A stretch of 64,000 nucleotides of DNA from sequence record NC_005859.1; one strand, 5' to 3'. Origin of the DNA: Escherichia phage T5. The notes under the pieces were generated by a model, which saw nothing but the letters and a program-made list of their open reading frames with translations, did no database searches and was not told where the DNA came from. Below are positions 50,667 to 60,275 of the stretch, piece after piece (position 1 is the first letter of the stretch; each line of letters opens with the position of its first letter). Position numbers and translations under genes: made by a program.

Positions 50667-50676
50667 ATTTCCTCCT

Positions 50677-52599
50677 TTAGGTAAGGCGTTGAATTATAAG
50701 TTTAATATTAGGTAAGCATGCTTTCATGCCAATTATATTACTCATGGAAGAATCTAACCAAATAGAGATATTATTATTTCCATCATTTCTCATATAGTAA
50801 GTTAGAGTATAGTATCCTGTTTGCCCAACAGATCCAGGCAACCCAGATACCCAATATGGTGTTGGATTATACGCAGCAGCCTGCAATTTACAAGCGTTTA
50901 CAACTGTACCTTTTATAGTAAAGAATGGAACGTATTCTCCGGCTGGTAGAGATAGTATTTGATGCAGTTTTTTATTTATGGTATTCCCCCCTATCCTAAA
51001 TCTACTATCACCGTATTCTGCCCCTTGGGATAACATTTCTGTAGGATTGAAGCAACCAATACCGCCTGCGGATAGCCATGTATCATCTATAAACTCCATA
51101 GTACATACAATAGCACCATTTCTACTGCTATTAAGATCTAACCCCACAGTACCAACATGTACAGATCCATTACCCTGGAATACTATGTTTCCAGATAATA
51201 TAGTGCTACCACTACCTCCCAGGAGTCTTAATGGTAATAAATTCTCACTCCAAACGTCGCCATAGTTATTACCTATTTTTGGTGGATTACTAGATACATA
51301 CCAAGATGCTGAAGGTAAAAAATTATAAATACTAACAACATTAGCATGTAAGCCACCAACATTACCACCTTTAATACTAGGAGCATTATTGCTCTCTGTG
51401 GTTGGTAGCCCAAATGTTGCTATACCTGATATTCCTGTTGAGGGAGAATCTTTACTTAGATTACAACCAACATCACGAAAATCAGCTCTGTTACCAACGT
51501 TGAAATTTTTCTCTATAAAATTAATAAATTTCCAAGATGTATTATTAACATTAACCCCTTTAATAATAAATTCTCTTGGGCTGAGCTTAATGTCATTACC
51601 GTTAAATAACCCACCGTCTATATTATACCCAGAACCATTGTATACTAGGTTAGTAACATACCATGTAATTTTAGATGGATAAATGCCTAAATGTTCGCTG
51701 TAGATACCTATAGGTCCATTGGCAGAATCATTAGGATCTCCCATACTTTCCCAGTAAGCATAGTTAGTAGGATCAGCACGTGCGAAACCTACGGAATACT
51801 TTGGTGATTCTGGATTACTGGGGTTATACGTAAAGTTAAGGGCTCCAGAGCTCGAAGCTCCCTGCACAGCCCCACCGGTAGTATAGTTTGGTCCTTCCAT
51901 ACCATAAAGAACCCTATTACAAGACCTACCACGAACGTATATAGCATTAAAACCAAAGTTCCTAGCTCCTGGGTGTCTAACATAATCACTAGGGATAGTT
52001 AAGGTTCCTGCATCAGCCACCACATAACCGGAACCACTCCACGCAGATTTGTAAAGAGCAGCACCACCTAAGTACATTGCACTTGATGCAAACCCCCTTC
52101 TCCCACTAAAAGCACCGAACATATGTTGACATCCTGTGCCATCTCTTAACTTTTGTGGTATAGTGCCACTAGTACCCGTATTAAAATAACCTACATCAAG
52201 TGAAAGATCGGCACTAGCTGTTATTTGTGTTTTTAATCCACCCTGAGACATAATCTGAGGATTTATAATACCATAGGCTTTTGCACCTACTCCCATAGAC
52301 ATGCCAGATAGCATATGTCTAGAGCCATCAGAAAACTCAATCTCTGTTAATACAACTCTATTAGGGTCATTATTATGTAGCTGTGTAACTCTACTAGGCA
52401 TTTCAGACCAGTAATAGTCACCAGCCCCCTGATCCAATCTTAATCCAGTAGAATGAGTTTCCGTTATAATTACGTGCGACATATCTGAATGAAAGATGGT
52501 TTGGGAATCAGGGTTGATATGTTGGTTAGTATCTCCACCACTACCCCTTCGCAGTGAGAGTATAGATTTGTTATTTAGCTTGCCAGCGAAAAAACTCAT
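50677..52599 (-). CDS. oad: receptor-binding tail protein (pb5-like, FhuA-binding)
   Basis: 640 aa, same length as T5 pb5; Gly/Asn-rich beta protein; adjacent to llp. Confidence 0.75.
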
Positions 52600-52618
52600 A
52601 AGTTCTCCAAAAATTTAG

Positions 52619-52647
52619 TTGCTTATACTGCCATAATTCTGTATAAT
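52619..52647 (+). promoter_or_regulatory. sigma70-type early promoter for llp
   Basis: -35 TTGCTT, 17-bp spacer, -10 TATAAT, PN25-like TAGTATTATAAATT downstream. Confidence 0.6.
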
Positions 52648-52678
52648 AGTATTATAAATTAAATAGGGGAGAATGTAA

Positions 52679-52912
52679 ATGAAAAAATTATTTTTAGCTA
52701 TGGCAGTGGTACTTCTTTCGGCTTGCTCTACTTTTGGACCTAAAGATATTAAATGTGAGGCATACTATATGCAGGATCATGTGAAATATAAGGCTAATGT
52801 TTTTGATAGGAAAGGGGATATGTTTTTGGTGTCACCAATTATGGCCTATGGATCTTTCTGGGCCCCCGTAAGCTACTTTACCGAAGGAAATACATGCGAG
52901 GGAGTTTTCTAA
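52679..52912 (+). CDS. llp: lytic-conversion lipoprotein Llp (receptor-blocking superinfection exclusion)
   Basis: 77 aa; signal peptide with lipobox LLSAC; same length and position as T5 Llp. Confidence 0.8.
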   Translation: MKKLFLAMAVVLLSACSTFGPKDIKCEAYYMQDHVKYKANVFDRKGDMFLVSPIMAYGSFWAPVSYFTEGNTCEGVF

Positions 52913-53075
52913 GTAAAAACCACCTTAGTAACCATCACCACTTAAGATGAACCTAGTGCAGAATTAGTTCAGGATACCACACAAGACACTATGGAAGGTG
53001 TGATGGGAATATTTACACTAATCACTGCAATTGCTAGAGTATTTTAAATACCACACTTATAGGAGCATGAAAGAT

Positions 53076-53204
53076 ATGTCAAACAAAAGAAAGAGCAGAC
53101 GTGGAGAAGTGTACGATAGCTGGATTAATAGCTTTGGATTAGGAACTATTTTATTCTTTATTTTCGTAGGTTTTTGGTTAGCAGCTATGGCGGGGTGGAT
53201 TTAA
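53076..53204 (+). CDS. small membrane protein (42 aa)
   Basis: hand-translated; RBS aggag 10 nt upstream; basic N-terminus then hydrophobic helix; not in ORF track (<60 aa). Confidence 0.45.
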   Translation: MSNKRKSRRGEVYDSWINSFGLGTILFFIFVGFWLAAMAGWI

Positions 53205-53311
53205 TGGAATGGGTAATTATTGCGTTGCTAGGGGTTGTGATTATTGGACAATGTATTTTAGATAATCACTTAGCTAGAATTGAAACTTTATTAACGGAGA
53301 AGCGTAAATGA
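53204..53311 (+). CDS. small membrane protein (35 aa)
   Basis: hand-translated MEWVIIALLGVVIIGQ...; ATG overlaps upstream stop (TAATG). Confidence 0.4.
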   Translation: MEWVIIALLGVVIIGQCILDNHLARIETLLTEKRK

Positions 53312-53502
53312 TGGAAGTAGTAGCTATAATAACAGTAATACTAGTCTGGGCAATTTTCATTGCTTCTTGCACCGTGTACGTTCGCCTAAAAACTCTAGAA
53401 GCTCAAGTAAAACAACAACAATTTGCTATAGAAAAATTAGTAGAACTCCAACGTTGTGATAGCATTCGTATTCTGCAAATTGAGAGGGAATTAGATGTTT
53501 AG
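53308..53502 (+). CDS. small membrane protein (64 aa)
   Basis: N-terminal transmembrane helix then coiled region; start overlaps upstream stop. Confidence 0.5.
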   Translation: MMEVVAIITVILVWAIFIASCTVYVRLKTLEAQVKQQQFAIEKLVELQRCDSIRILQIERELDV

Positions 53503-53740
53503 CATTATAGTTGCTTTTATTATCGGAATAATCGCGGGAGTTTTCGGAATGACTGCGGCTATTAACAAGCATCGTAAATACATTGCGGAAGTATCGCGGG
53601 AGATTGCGGAAAGGGAGCGGAAGTTTGACGAAAAACGTGCGGAGTTTGAGCGGGAGTGGTCGGACGGTTCTCGGGCGTCGCGGAAGAGATTCCGTGAGTT
53701 CAGACCAAAATACGGAGTTGATGACCATTCTATGCGCTAA
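53495..53740 (+). CDS. small membrane protein (81 aa)
   Basis: N-terminal transmembrane helix then charged ER-rich tail; start overlaps upstream stop. Confidence 0.5.
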   Translation: MFSIIVAFIIGIIAGVFGMTAAINKHRKYIAEVSREIAERERKFDEKRAEFEREWSDGSRASRKRFREFRPKYGVDDHSMR

Positions 53741-53850
53741 TTGGGAAATCTCGAAATTTCATAAGATTACACATGAAGGTGTGTCCACTGCCTCCGGCGA
53801 AAATACTTAGTCTGCTAACCGCCACCCCCGTTACTATTACCATGCTAACT

Positions 53851-53887
53851 GTTTCACCCTGCAACCATTTTAATTGCAGGGTGAAAC
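53851..53887. other. perfect 14-bp-stem hairpin at late / pre-early junction
   Basis: gtttcaccctgcaa - ccattttaa - ttgcagggtgaaac; no adjacent U-tract. Confidence 0.6.
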
Positions 53888-53904
53888 AATTTCAACTTTA
53901 ATTA

Positions 53905-54639
53905 TTACGCAACTTTTAATTTCTCAATATATTGTTGCGGGCTGCAACTATATTCTGCGCGTTCTTCTTCGGTCATACCTTCCCAACATAATTGCAGGCG
54001 GTCGGCTAGGAACTGATAATCATTATCATCCTCAAGAGATTCATCAATAAAGGTTTCACCTATCAATGTCACGCCGATTGATAGAATATCATTAACGGCT
54101 TGTGCGTCCAGCGTTTTAAATCCGTATGACGCTGCCGCTGATAGCACGCCTTTATGATCATCAATCATTGTAAAATCAGCGTTCGGATATAATTGTTTGA
54201 ATAGCCCAAAATAGTAACTTTTATAAACTGCGTCTTTGCTGTGGTATATCTCGCTAACTTTATCAGCCTCAAAATATTTGTGTAGTGTATCGCGGGAAAA
54301 TACACGGATATTACTATCACCACGACCGCGCAACCCTTGTTTACGCAAATAATAATAGTCCGACTTGCTCATTAGTCGAGCGGTGCAAATAATGTTTAAA
54401 GTATTTGCGTCATTCATGCACTGGCGCATATATGTAACAAGGGGCAATAGTGTATCTTGCATTATTAAATCATGTTTGCAGGCTTCATTTTTATACTTAT
54501 TTAAATCTAAATTGCCCTCGCTATCAAAGCAAGGCGCTACACGATGAAACGAATTAATGATAGTGCCGTCCAGATCCCAAATCATGACGCGGGAAATATG
54601 CGGGAAATTACGGGTAATATTCGTTTTAACTTGATTCAT
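53905..54639 (-). CDS. dmp: 5'-deoxyribonucleotidase (HAD family), Dmp-like
   Basis: 244 aa; HAD motif I IWDLDGT; terminal-repeat-like position next to A1. Confidence 0.75.
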   Translation of the reverse strand: MNQVKTNITRNFPHISRVMIWDLDGTIINSFHRVAPCFDSEGNLDLNKYKNEACKHDLIMQDTLLPLVTYMRQCMNDANTLNIICTARLMSKSDYYYLRKQGLRGRGDSNIRVFSRDTLHKYFEADKVSEIYHSKDAVYKSYYFGLFKQLYPNADFTMIDDHKGVLSAAASYGFKTLDAQAVNDILSIGVTLIGETFIDESLEDDNDYQFLADRLQLCWEGMTEEERAEYSCSPQQYIEKLKVA

Positions 54640-54719
54640 TTTGTTACGTTCTCCATTTGAGGGATTAGATTAATTCAGCATTACCCGCTATTAAATAGCG
54701 GGTAATAATAAATTAACTA

Positions 54720-55115
54720 TTAAAGGCCATACGCTAGCGCATCAGCGATAAAACTAACATCCTCGCCCGATACGCTGGAACGAATGCCAGCGCATGTATA
54801 CACCTTTGCGCTCATTAGCTGATCATCAAGGCAAGCGGGGCAAGGTGCGACTACTGCGAAAGCTAAACCGGATTTTACCGCGTCAATAATGATTGTTTCC
54901 TGTTTCATAGTGTCAACATAAACACCTTTTGCTTTAATATGGCTTGTTAGTTTGCCCTGCATATATGCAAACGTTGTAACTTGCATCGCGTCATTGAAAT
55001 CTAATAGCTCATCAATAACGTGACCGGCCTCGACGTGATAACGCTGACCATTAGAATAAACCAGAACAATAGAAGACTGAGCGCGATCGAATGGGATACG
55101 GTTAGATTTAGCCAT
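54720..55115 (-). CDS. hypothetical pre-early protein
   Basis: 131-aa ORF between dmp and A1. Confidence 0.55.
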   Translation of the reverse strand: MAKSNRIPFDRAQSSIVLVYSNGQRYHVEAGHVIDELLDFNDAMQVTTFAYMQGKLTSHIKAKGVYVDTMKQETIIIDAVKSGLAFAVVAPCPACLDDQLMSAKVYTCAGIRSSVSGEDVSFIADALAYGL

Positions 55116-55151
55116 GTTTATAACTCCAATTAGTTTAATAAGGGATTTAAT

Positions 55152-55430
55152 TTATTTGCTAGCTTCAAGACTTACAACAAAAGCGAGATTTGTTTCTTTC
55201 CATACGTCAGGAATATCATTTTCCTGTAAATGGTCTTTCGCTTCATACTCATTTTCAAAAGAATAAAAATCGCCGGACTCAATTATATAAATATGCCCGT
55301 TTAGTTCATTTTGATAAATATAACAATTATTATCTTTTAAATTGCGGTATACAGTACCATGCCGTAAAACATCAAGCGACCATGTATCAGCGGTGTTTTT
55401 CATGCTGGGAAGATTAATTTTAATAGCCAT
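55152..55430 (-). CDS. hypothetical pre-early protein
   Basis: 92-aa ORF. Confidence 0.5.
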   Translation of the reverse strand: MAIKINLPSMKNTADTWSLDVLRHGTVYRNLKDNNCYIYQNELNGHIYIIESGDFYSFENEYEAKDHLQENDIPDVWKETNLAFVVSLEASK

Positions 55431-55486
55431 TTAATTTAGCTCCTGTAATAGCGGCTATATCTCAAGCCGCTAGGGGAATAATTTAA

Positions 55487-57157
55487 TTACGCAAAGAATT
55501 TACCATTCTTAAAGTCAATCAAAGTGCGTTGACCGTTTGCATAGGTAATAATATGCGTTTGAGTCCAGCTAGACGCGCCAACGTTGTAACCCATGTCCAG
55601 ACTACCAGTCACGCCAGCGGTATAAACGCCGCCGTAAATGCTGGCGGTGTGGGTGTGTCCGGTGTTTAATTTGCCCAATTTCTTAAACTGTTTCGGGTTG
55701 CCACGGCTCCCGTTAATGCCGTTGTGACCGTGTACGCCGCATTCAATGCCTGCAATCTTGAAAGATTGGTCAGTGGTCAGGAAAATGGCGTTAAATTCAC
55801 AGCCTGCAACCTTGCGCAGCGCATAATCAAGCACGTTAAAAGTATCGTCTTTTTCTGCAATAGCTCCATAAATCGCAGCATTCAGGCGGTGATATAGTTC
55901 CGCGTTTGCTGGGTCGTCTTTAATGTTAGCATTACGATCATCTAACCAGCGGGATAGCGCCAGATCATGATTAGATTCAACAATGATTGTTTGAGAAAAA
56001 TCACGCTCCATTGATTCCAGTACGCGCCCCGTATCGATAAGATCATCTAATACCTTATCACGTCCGGCGGCATATTGTTTCGCTAGGAATACGCCAGATG
56101 CGCGGTTGTGATGGTTGCGTGATGTAAAATCATGCACGTCGTGTACAAACTGATATTTTGGTTTAAGAATATCAACAAGCCCGTAGGTGTCACCATGCCC
56201 CCAAGACGCAGCGGCGCACTCCTCATCTAATTTTTCAGCGTGAATGTCGCCATATTGTAAACCTAAAACGTGCCCCGTTGTTTCATAACATCCGGCAGGA
56301 GTGGCGCAAGTATTCAAATCATAAAACACGCCGCTCTCGTCCATCGTTTCAAGCTGGCGCACAAAAAACTCACCGTCCTCGTCAAACTCAACAATAAGCG
56401 CACCGAAGTTATGCAGCGCCTCGGCCTTTTGTCCTGCTTTCTGCTGGATGTAATTTTTTAGCGTTGCCGTTCCGGTTGAATACATACGGCGCACAATTTC
56501 ACCTTTTAAAGCTGGCACGCTTTCGGCGGTGATTTTAGCCGCTCCAATTGCTAGACCTTCAAGATTCAGCGCGGTTGCAGTTTCAGCGAATCCAGAAAGC
56601 GGATAATCTGCGGTGGGTAAAACGTTAATTTCAGCCATGAAAGCAAATCGGCGATTATTTAAAAACACGTTTTTATTGCAGATATATTTGTCAAATGCGG
56701 AATCGTATCTGATACCGTCGGCGCCCTCGCCATTTTGAAAACCGTTTTTGTTATAGATAAACTTGCTAACCAGCAAATCAGCGCCGATAAATTGGGCGTA
56801 TTGTTCAAGTGAGGCTAAAAAGTTTTTATGCGGGAACGTATTATTCTGAATCGATGTAATAATAAAGCGTTTACCTTGTTTTACTTCCCATTGCTCAACC
56901 GTGCTAGAAACAATCCCCGCCGCTTCTGGGCGCTCATCGTTTTTAATGGCTTTTGCTACTTTCGCCGCTTTCGGTTTCGCTGGTTTATTTGCTTCCAGCC
57001 AGTCACAAATTGCGGTAGAGTGTTTTGTTGTATCGTAAACCATTTTTGAAATATCGTCGCAAACTTCCAATTTAGTAGCGCGCAGACGTTTACCGTAGAA
57101 ATTAAAGTCAGCGGCCATTTTCAGGATAACGGTTTGTTTTTCTGCGGAAATAACCAT
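55487..57157 (-). CDS. A1: A1-like pre-early protein with metallophosphoesterase domain
   Basis: 556 aa, same length as T5 A1; calcineurin-like motifs GDIH, GDTYG, ESNHD, GHNG, HTHT in C-terminal half. Confidence 0.75.
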   Translation of the reverse strand: MVISAEKQTVILKMAADFNFYGKRLRATKLEVCDDISKMVYDTTKHSTAICDWLEANKPAKPKAAKVAKAIKNDERPEAAGIVSSTVEQWEVKQGKRFIITSIQNNTFPHKNFLASLEQYAQFIGADLLVSKFIYNKNGFQNGEGADGIRYDSAFDKYICNKNVFLNNRRFAFMAEINVLPTADYPLSGFAETATALNLEGLAIGAAKITAESVPALKGEIVRRMYSTGTATLKNYIQQKAGQKAEALHNFGALIVEFDEDGEFFVRQLETMDESGVFYDLNTCATPAGCYETTGHVLGLQYGDIHAEKLDEECAAASWGHGDTYGLVDILKPKYQFVHDVHDFTSRNHHNRASGVFLAKQYAAGRDKVLDDLIDTGRVLESMERDFSQTIIVESNHDLALSRWLDDRNANIKDDPANAELYHRLNAAIYGAIAEKDDTFNVLDYALRKVAGCEFNAIFLTTDQSFKIAGIECGVHGHNGINGSRGNPKQFKKLGKLNTGHTHTASIYGGVYTAGVTGSLDMGYNVGASSWTQTHIITYANGQRTLIDFKNGKFFA

Positions 57158-57253
57158 AATAATAAAACTCCATTAAAGGGATTAAAAAACGTTTGTTATT
57201 GGCAATATTGCCAAATATAACGCCTTGAATAATAGGCGTTATAATTTGCAACA

Positions 57254-57451
57254 TTAATTTAAAGGCATAAGGCTAGAACTAACACCACAAGCAACGGCGG
57301 CAATAAAACAAATCAGACCTAAACGCTTTGCTAACTTAGATTTACGTTTAAAATAATACGAATCTAAATCATTTTGAAAATAAGCGAACAATAACGAGGC
57401 CGCCATAATAAACAAGCCTAGAATGAGGGATTCAGTAGGGTAAAAGATCAT
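57254..57451 (-). CDS. small membrane protein
   Basis: 65 aa with two hydrophobic helices. Confidence 0.45.
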   Translation of the reverse strand: MIFYPTESLILGLFIMAASLLFAYFQNDLDSYYFKRKSKLAKRLGLICFIAAVACGVSSSLMPLN

Positions 57452-57507
57452 TTTAAAACTCCAGTCAAAGGGAAATTATAGTGGGGAATATTCCCCACTA
57501 ATTAAAT

Positions 57508-57915
57508 TTATTCGCCTGCGGCTTGTTTTACTTCATCGGCAACGCCTAACAGTTGCGCCACGGCGTCCAGCGTTTCCAATTTTGCACTTTCCAGTGATGC
57601 CAGATCGTCAGCGTCTTTGATAATACCGGAATCGATGGCATGTTTTGCAATCACACGCACGTAGTGCGCTTTGCGGATAGAACTGCCGCCGCCAACCTTG
57701 CGAGGTTTATCGCTTTTCTGATACGCTTTCGCGCTGGTCAATTTTGAGCGAACAGACACGGGAGAAGCCGCGCCAACTGCTTTTGCAATCTCTTTTAAAC
57801 CGTCGCTATTTGCGAAATCTAAACCGTTTTCATTAATTAACTGCTGGTACATGGAAACAGCTTTCTGAGTGTTTTCTTCATTCCAAGCGAATTTTGCGGT
57901 TTTAGCGTTAGTCAT
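57508..57915 (-). CDS. A2: A2-like pre-early DNA-binding protein
   Basis: 135-aa ORF immediately after A1 in transcription order; size and position match T5 A2. Confidence 0.65.
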   Translation of the reverse strand: MTNAKTAKFAWNEENTQKAVSMYQQLINENGLDFANSDGLKEIAKAVGAASPVSVRSKLTSAKAYQKSDKPRKVGGGSSIRKAHYVRVIAKHAIDSGIIKDADDLASLESAKLETLDAVAQLLGVADEVKQAAGE

Positions 57916-58010
57916 GATGTAACTCCTGTTTATTTAATTTAAGGGATAAGATTAACATAATGTTAATCGTTATATCCCCCGAACTACTGGGGGATATAAA
58001 AGTAACACTA

Positions 58011-58262
58011 TTACGCTACGGCTTCCCATTTTTCGTTACGCTGGGCAACCTTTACAACGTCGCCGGATTTAACCCGAACGTTGTAAACAGTTTTTCCGTT
58101 GTTACTCCGTTCCGTTTCAGCGTATACCGCATCAATTACATCAAACGGCATAAGCGCCGCGCCTTTAATGCGTTCGGTTTTTCCGGTTACCTCATCCGTT
58201 TTAGTAACGAAAGGGATAAAAACGGATTGACCAATTTTTGGCGCAGTAGTAACGTTTTGCAT
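58011..58262 (-). CDS. hypothetical protein
   Basis: 83-aa ORF; GC-richer codon usage like the A1/A2 block. Confidence 0.5.
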   Translation of the reverse strand: MQNVTTAPKIGQSVFIPFVTKTDEVTGKTERIKGAALMPFDVIDAVYAETERSNNGKTVYNVRVKSGDVVKVAQRNEKWEAVA

Positions 58263-58495
58263 AATATAAACTCCAGTTTATTAAGGGGGATTGTTCCGCA
58301 TTACCTGCTGTAAAAGTAGTGGCAGGTAATAAGCAACAATCCGCTCGCCAATATAATCAATTTAAAGAACTCCACTCAGGCCGCTATATCCCAGTTAGGG
58401 GGCGGGACACATTATGGTAAGTGCCGACCGTCATATTTTATCAAGTTATCGCTCTCATCGAACTGGGTACATCTTAAAGCCTATCGGCTAGGGTG

Positions 58496-58699
58496 TCAAA
58501 CTATTTTTTGCAGTTTTTTATGATTTTCTTTCAAGTCAATCATAATGTTTCGCCAGATCATTTCCAGACCTTGCTGGCGGCCTTTCTTGTACTGCCTAAA
58601 TCGATATTTTACCGATTGCTGGGCTATTGTCAACAATTTTTTAGTAGTACCATCTAATTTTTTAGCTGGTTTACCAGTGATCAATAAAGTTTGTTTCAT
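58496..58699 (-). CDS. hypothetical basic small protein
   Basis: 67-aa Lys/Arg-rich ORF in an otherwise non-coding stretch. Confidence 0.3.
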   Translation of the reverse strand: MKQTLLITGKPAKKLDGTTKKLLTIAQQSVKYRFRQYKKGRQQGLEMIWRNIMIDLKENHKKLQKIV

Positions 58700-59191
58700 A
58701 TCGTCGATTCCTTATAATATATAAGTTTACCGCCGATAGACTTTAAGATGTACCCAATTTTTAAAGAGCGTGGCGGTAAACTTCCCGCCGTGTAGTTCGT
58801 CATTGCCGCCCTACGAGATAAATAATAGGGGATACCCAAAAATGGCGCAACCTTATTTTTGTAAAGAAACGTAAAGAAGGCAACACGTCCGGCGCTCACC
58901 TAAGTTTAAAGGAAACGGGCGCGCGAATACCATAAAACCTAGCAGGTTGGCAAGTAATTTTTTCCTTTATATTTGCCTTGCCCTAGTTGACAAATCTTAG
59001 AAAGCTCGTGGTGACGATAAACGGGTTATCCCCTTATGATGGGATGCCTGAAAAATTTACCGCGTCAGAAAGCGTTTTAGGCGGCTTATTTTCGATTTAA
59101 CAAATATTTAACAAAAGCAAAATTGAAAAATAGTTGGAAAAGATATTGACTTTTAAAAATCAAGACTAAACGAGTTATTTTATAAAATTAA

Positions 59192-59710
59192 TTAATTGAC
59201 AATTCCAAATTCAGCTTTTTTAGTTTCTACCCATAATAATAACTCTTGTAAATCATAACCTGATTTACTAACACTTTTGTTACTAGTAGGATCTTTAACT
59301 ATAGCGCGCAAATAGTTTCTTCCGTTATTATCAACTCTAGAACCATTATAATAGATATGCTTAGGCAACTTATTAGCACGCTTATAATCTTTCTTGTTAT
59401 TCATATTCTGCTTATGGTCTACTAAGCGAAGATTATTAATGTTATTATTAGCACGGTTACGATCATTATGATCGATTGTTAGATTGCTATCAATCTCACC
59501 ATTAAATAATACCCATATTATTCTATGCACTGCGTATTGTTCGCCTGCTAACTTTACTCGATAGTAACCTGTGTTACTATAATGCCCTGCAATATCACCC
59601 ACCTTACTATTACCTTTCTGTACTTTCCATCTTAGAAATGATGGGGATGTTTCATCATAATAAAAGTTATCATTAGCAAGCGAATAATCTATATCTTTAA
59701 ATAGACCCAT
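59192..59710 (-). CDS. HNH homing endonuclease with AP2-like domain
   Basis: 172 aa; AVHRIIW...IDHNDRNRANNNINNLR...HKQN HNH motif; third member of the family at 4556 and 11864. Confidence 0.7.
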   Translation of the reverse strand: MGLFKDIDYSLANDNFYYDETSPSFLRWKVQKGNSKVGDIAGHYSNTGYYRVKLAGEQYAVHRIIWVLFNGEIDSNLTIDHNDRNRANNNINNLRLVDHKQNMNNKKDYKRANKLPKHIYYNGSRVDNNGRNYLRAIVKDPTSNKSVSKSGYDLQELLLWVETKKAEFGIVN

Positions 59711-59876
59711 TGTTATAGTTTCCTTATGTTATTAATTTAATCTCTATTATATTATATCAAAACCATTAGCAAACTACCTAATGAGTTTTTCAGGTTTAAT
59801 TAGCAGACTCATAATCACTTTAAAATCCTATTAGCCAACTAACTATATTTTGTTATATAATAACTGCATAAATTAG

Positions 59877-60010
59877 TTAGTGAGAAACACTATCATTTAA
59901 GTTATCCACAGCCTTATACATTTTGTAAATTAACTTGACACAATAGGAAGGCTTTATAGCACTTTTACACAGACTTATCCACAGGTTATTCCACTGTATA
60001 AATATACAGG
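59877..60010. repeat. left arm of ~130-bp imperfect inverted repeat, with DnaA boxes and 16-bp palindrome
   Basis: TTATCCACA at 59903-59911 and 59975-59983; palindrome ctgtataaatatacag 59994-60009; reverse complement aligns by eye with 63192-63320. Confidence 0.65.
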
Positions 60011-60275
60011 GTAAATGGAAAACATATTATAATGATGCCCAAAATAAGCGGCCTAAAACGCTTTCTAACGAGCAAAACGCTATAGGGTAATATTAAAGTA
60101 AAGCCTCAACGCGTCGCCCTGGTGGCTTCGCCGTGTTTTGCTCTTTACTATACCGCTGCGCGGTTAGCATAAAACTAGGCGCTAGGCAAGGAAAATAAAA
60201 AGGTAAAATAATATTTGCCTATGCTAGAAAATTACCTTTATCATTCACTCACCGATTAACGAGGGAGGCCAACAA

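Noticed and set aside
59835-59861. Plus-strand promoter upstream of the left DnaA-box arm (TATAAT at 59856)
   Set aside because: The -35 region is poor (TTAGCC/AGCCAA with 17-19 bp spacing); noted as a possibility in the cassette finding but not confident enough to annotate.
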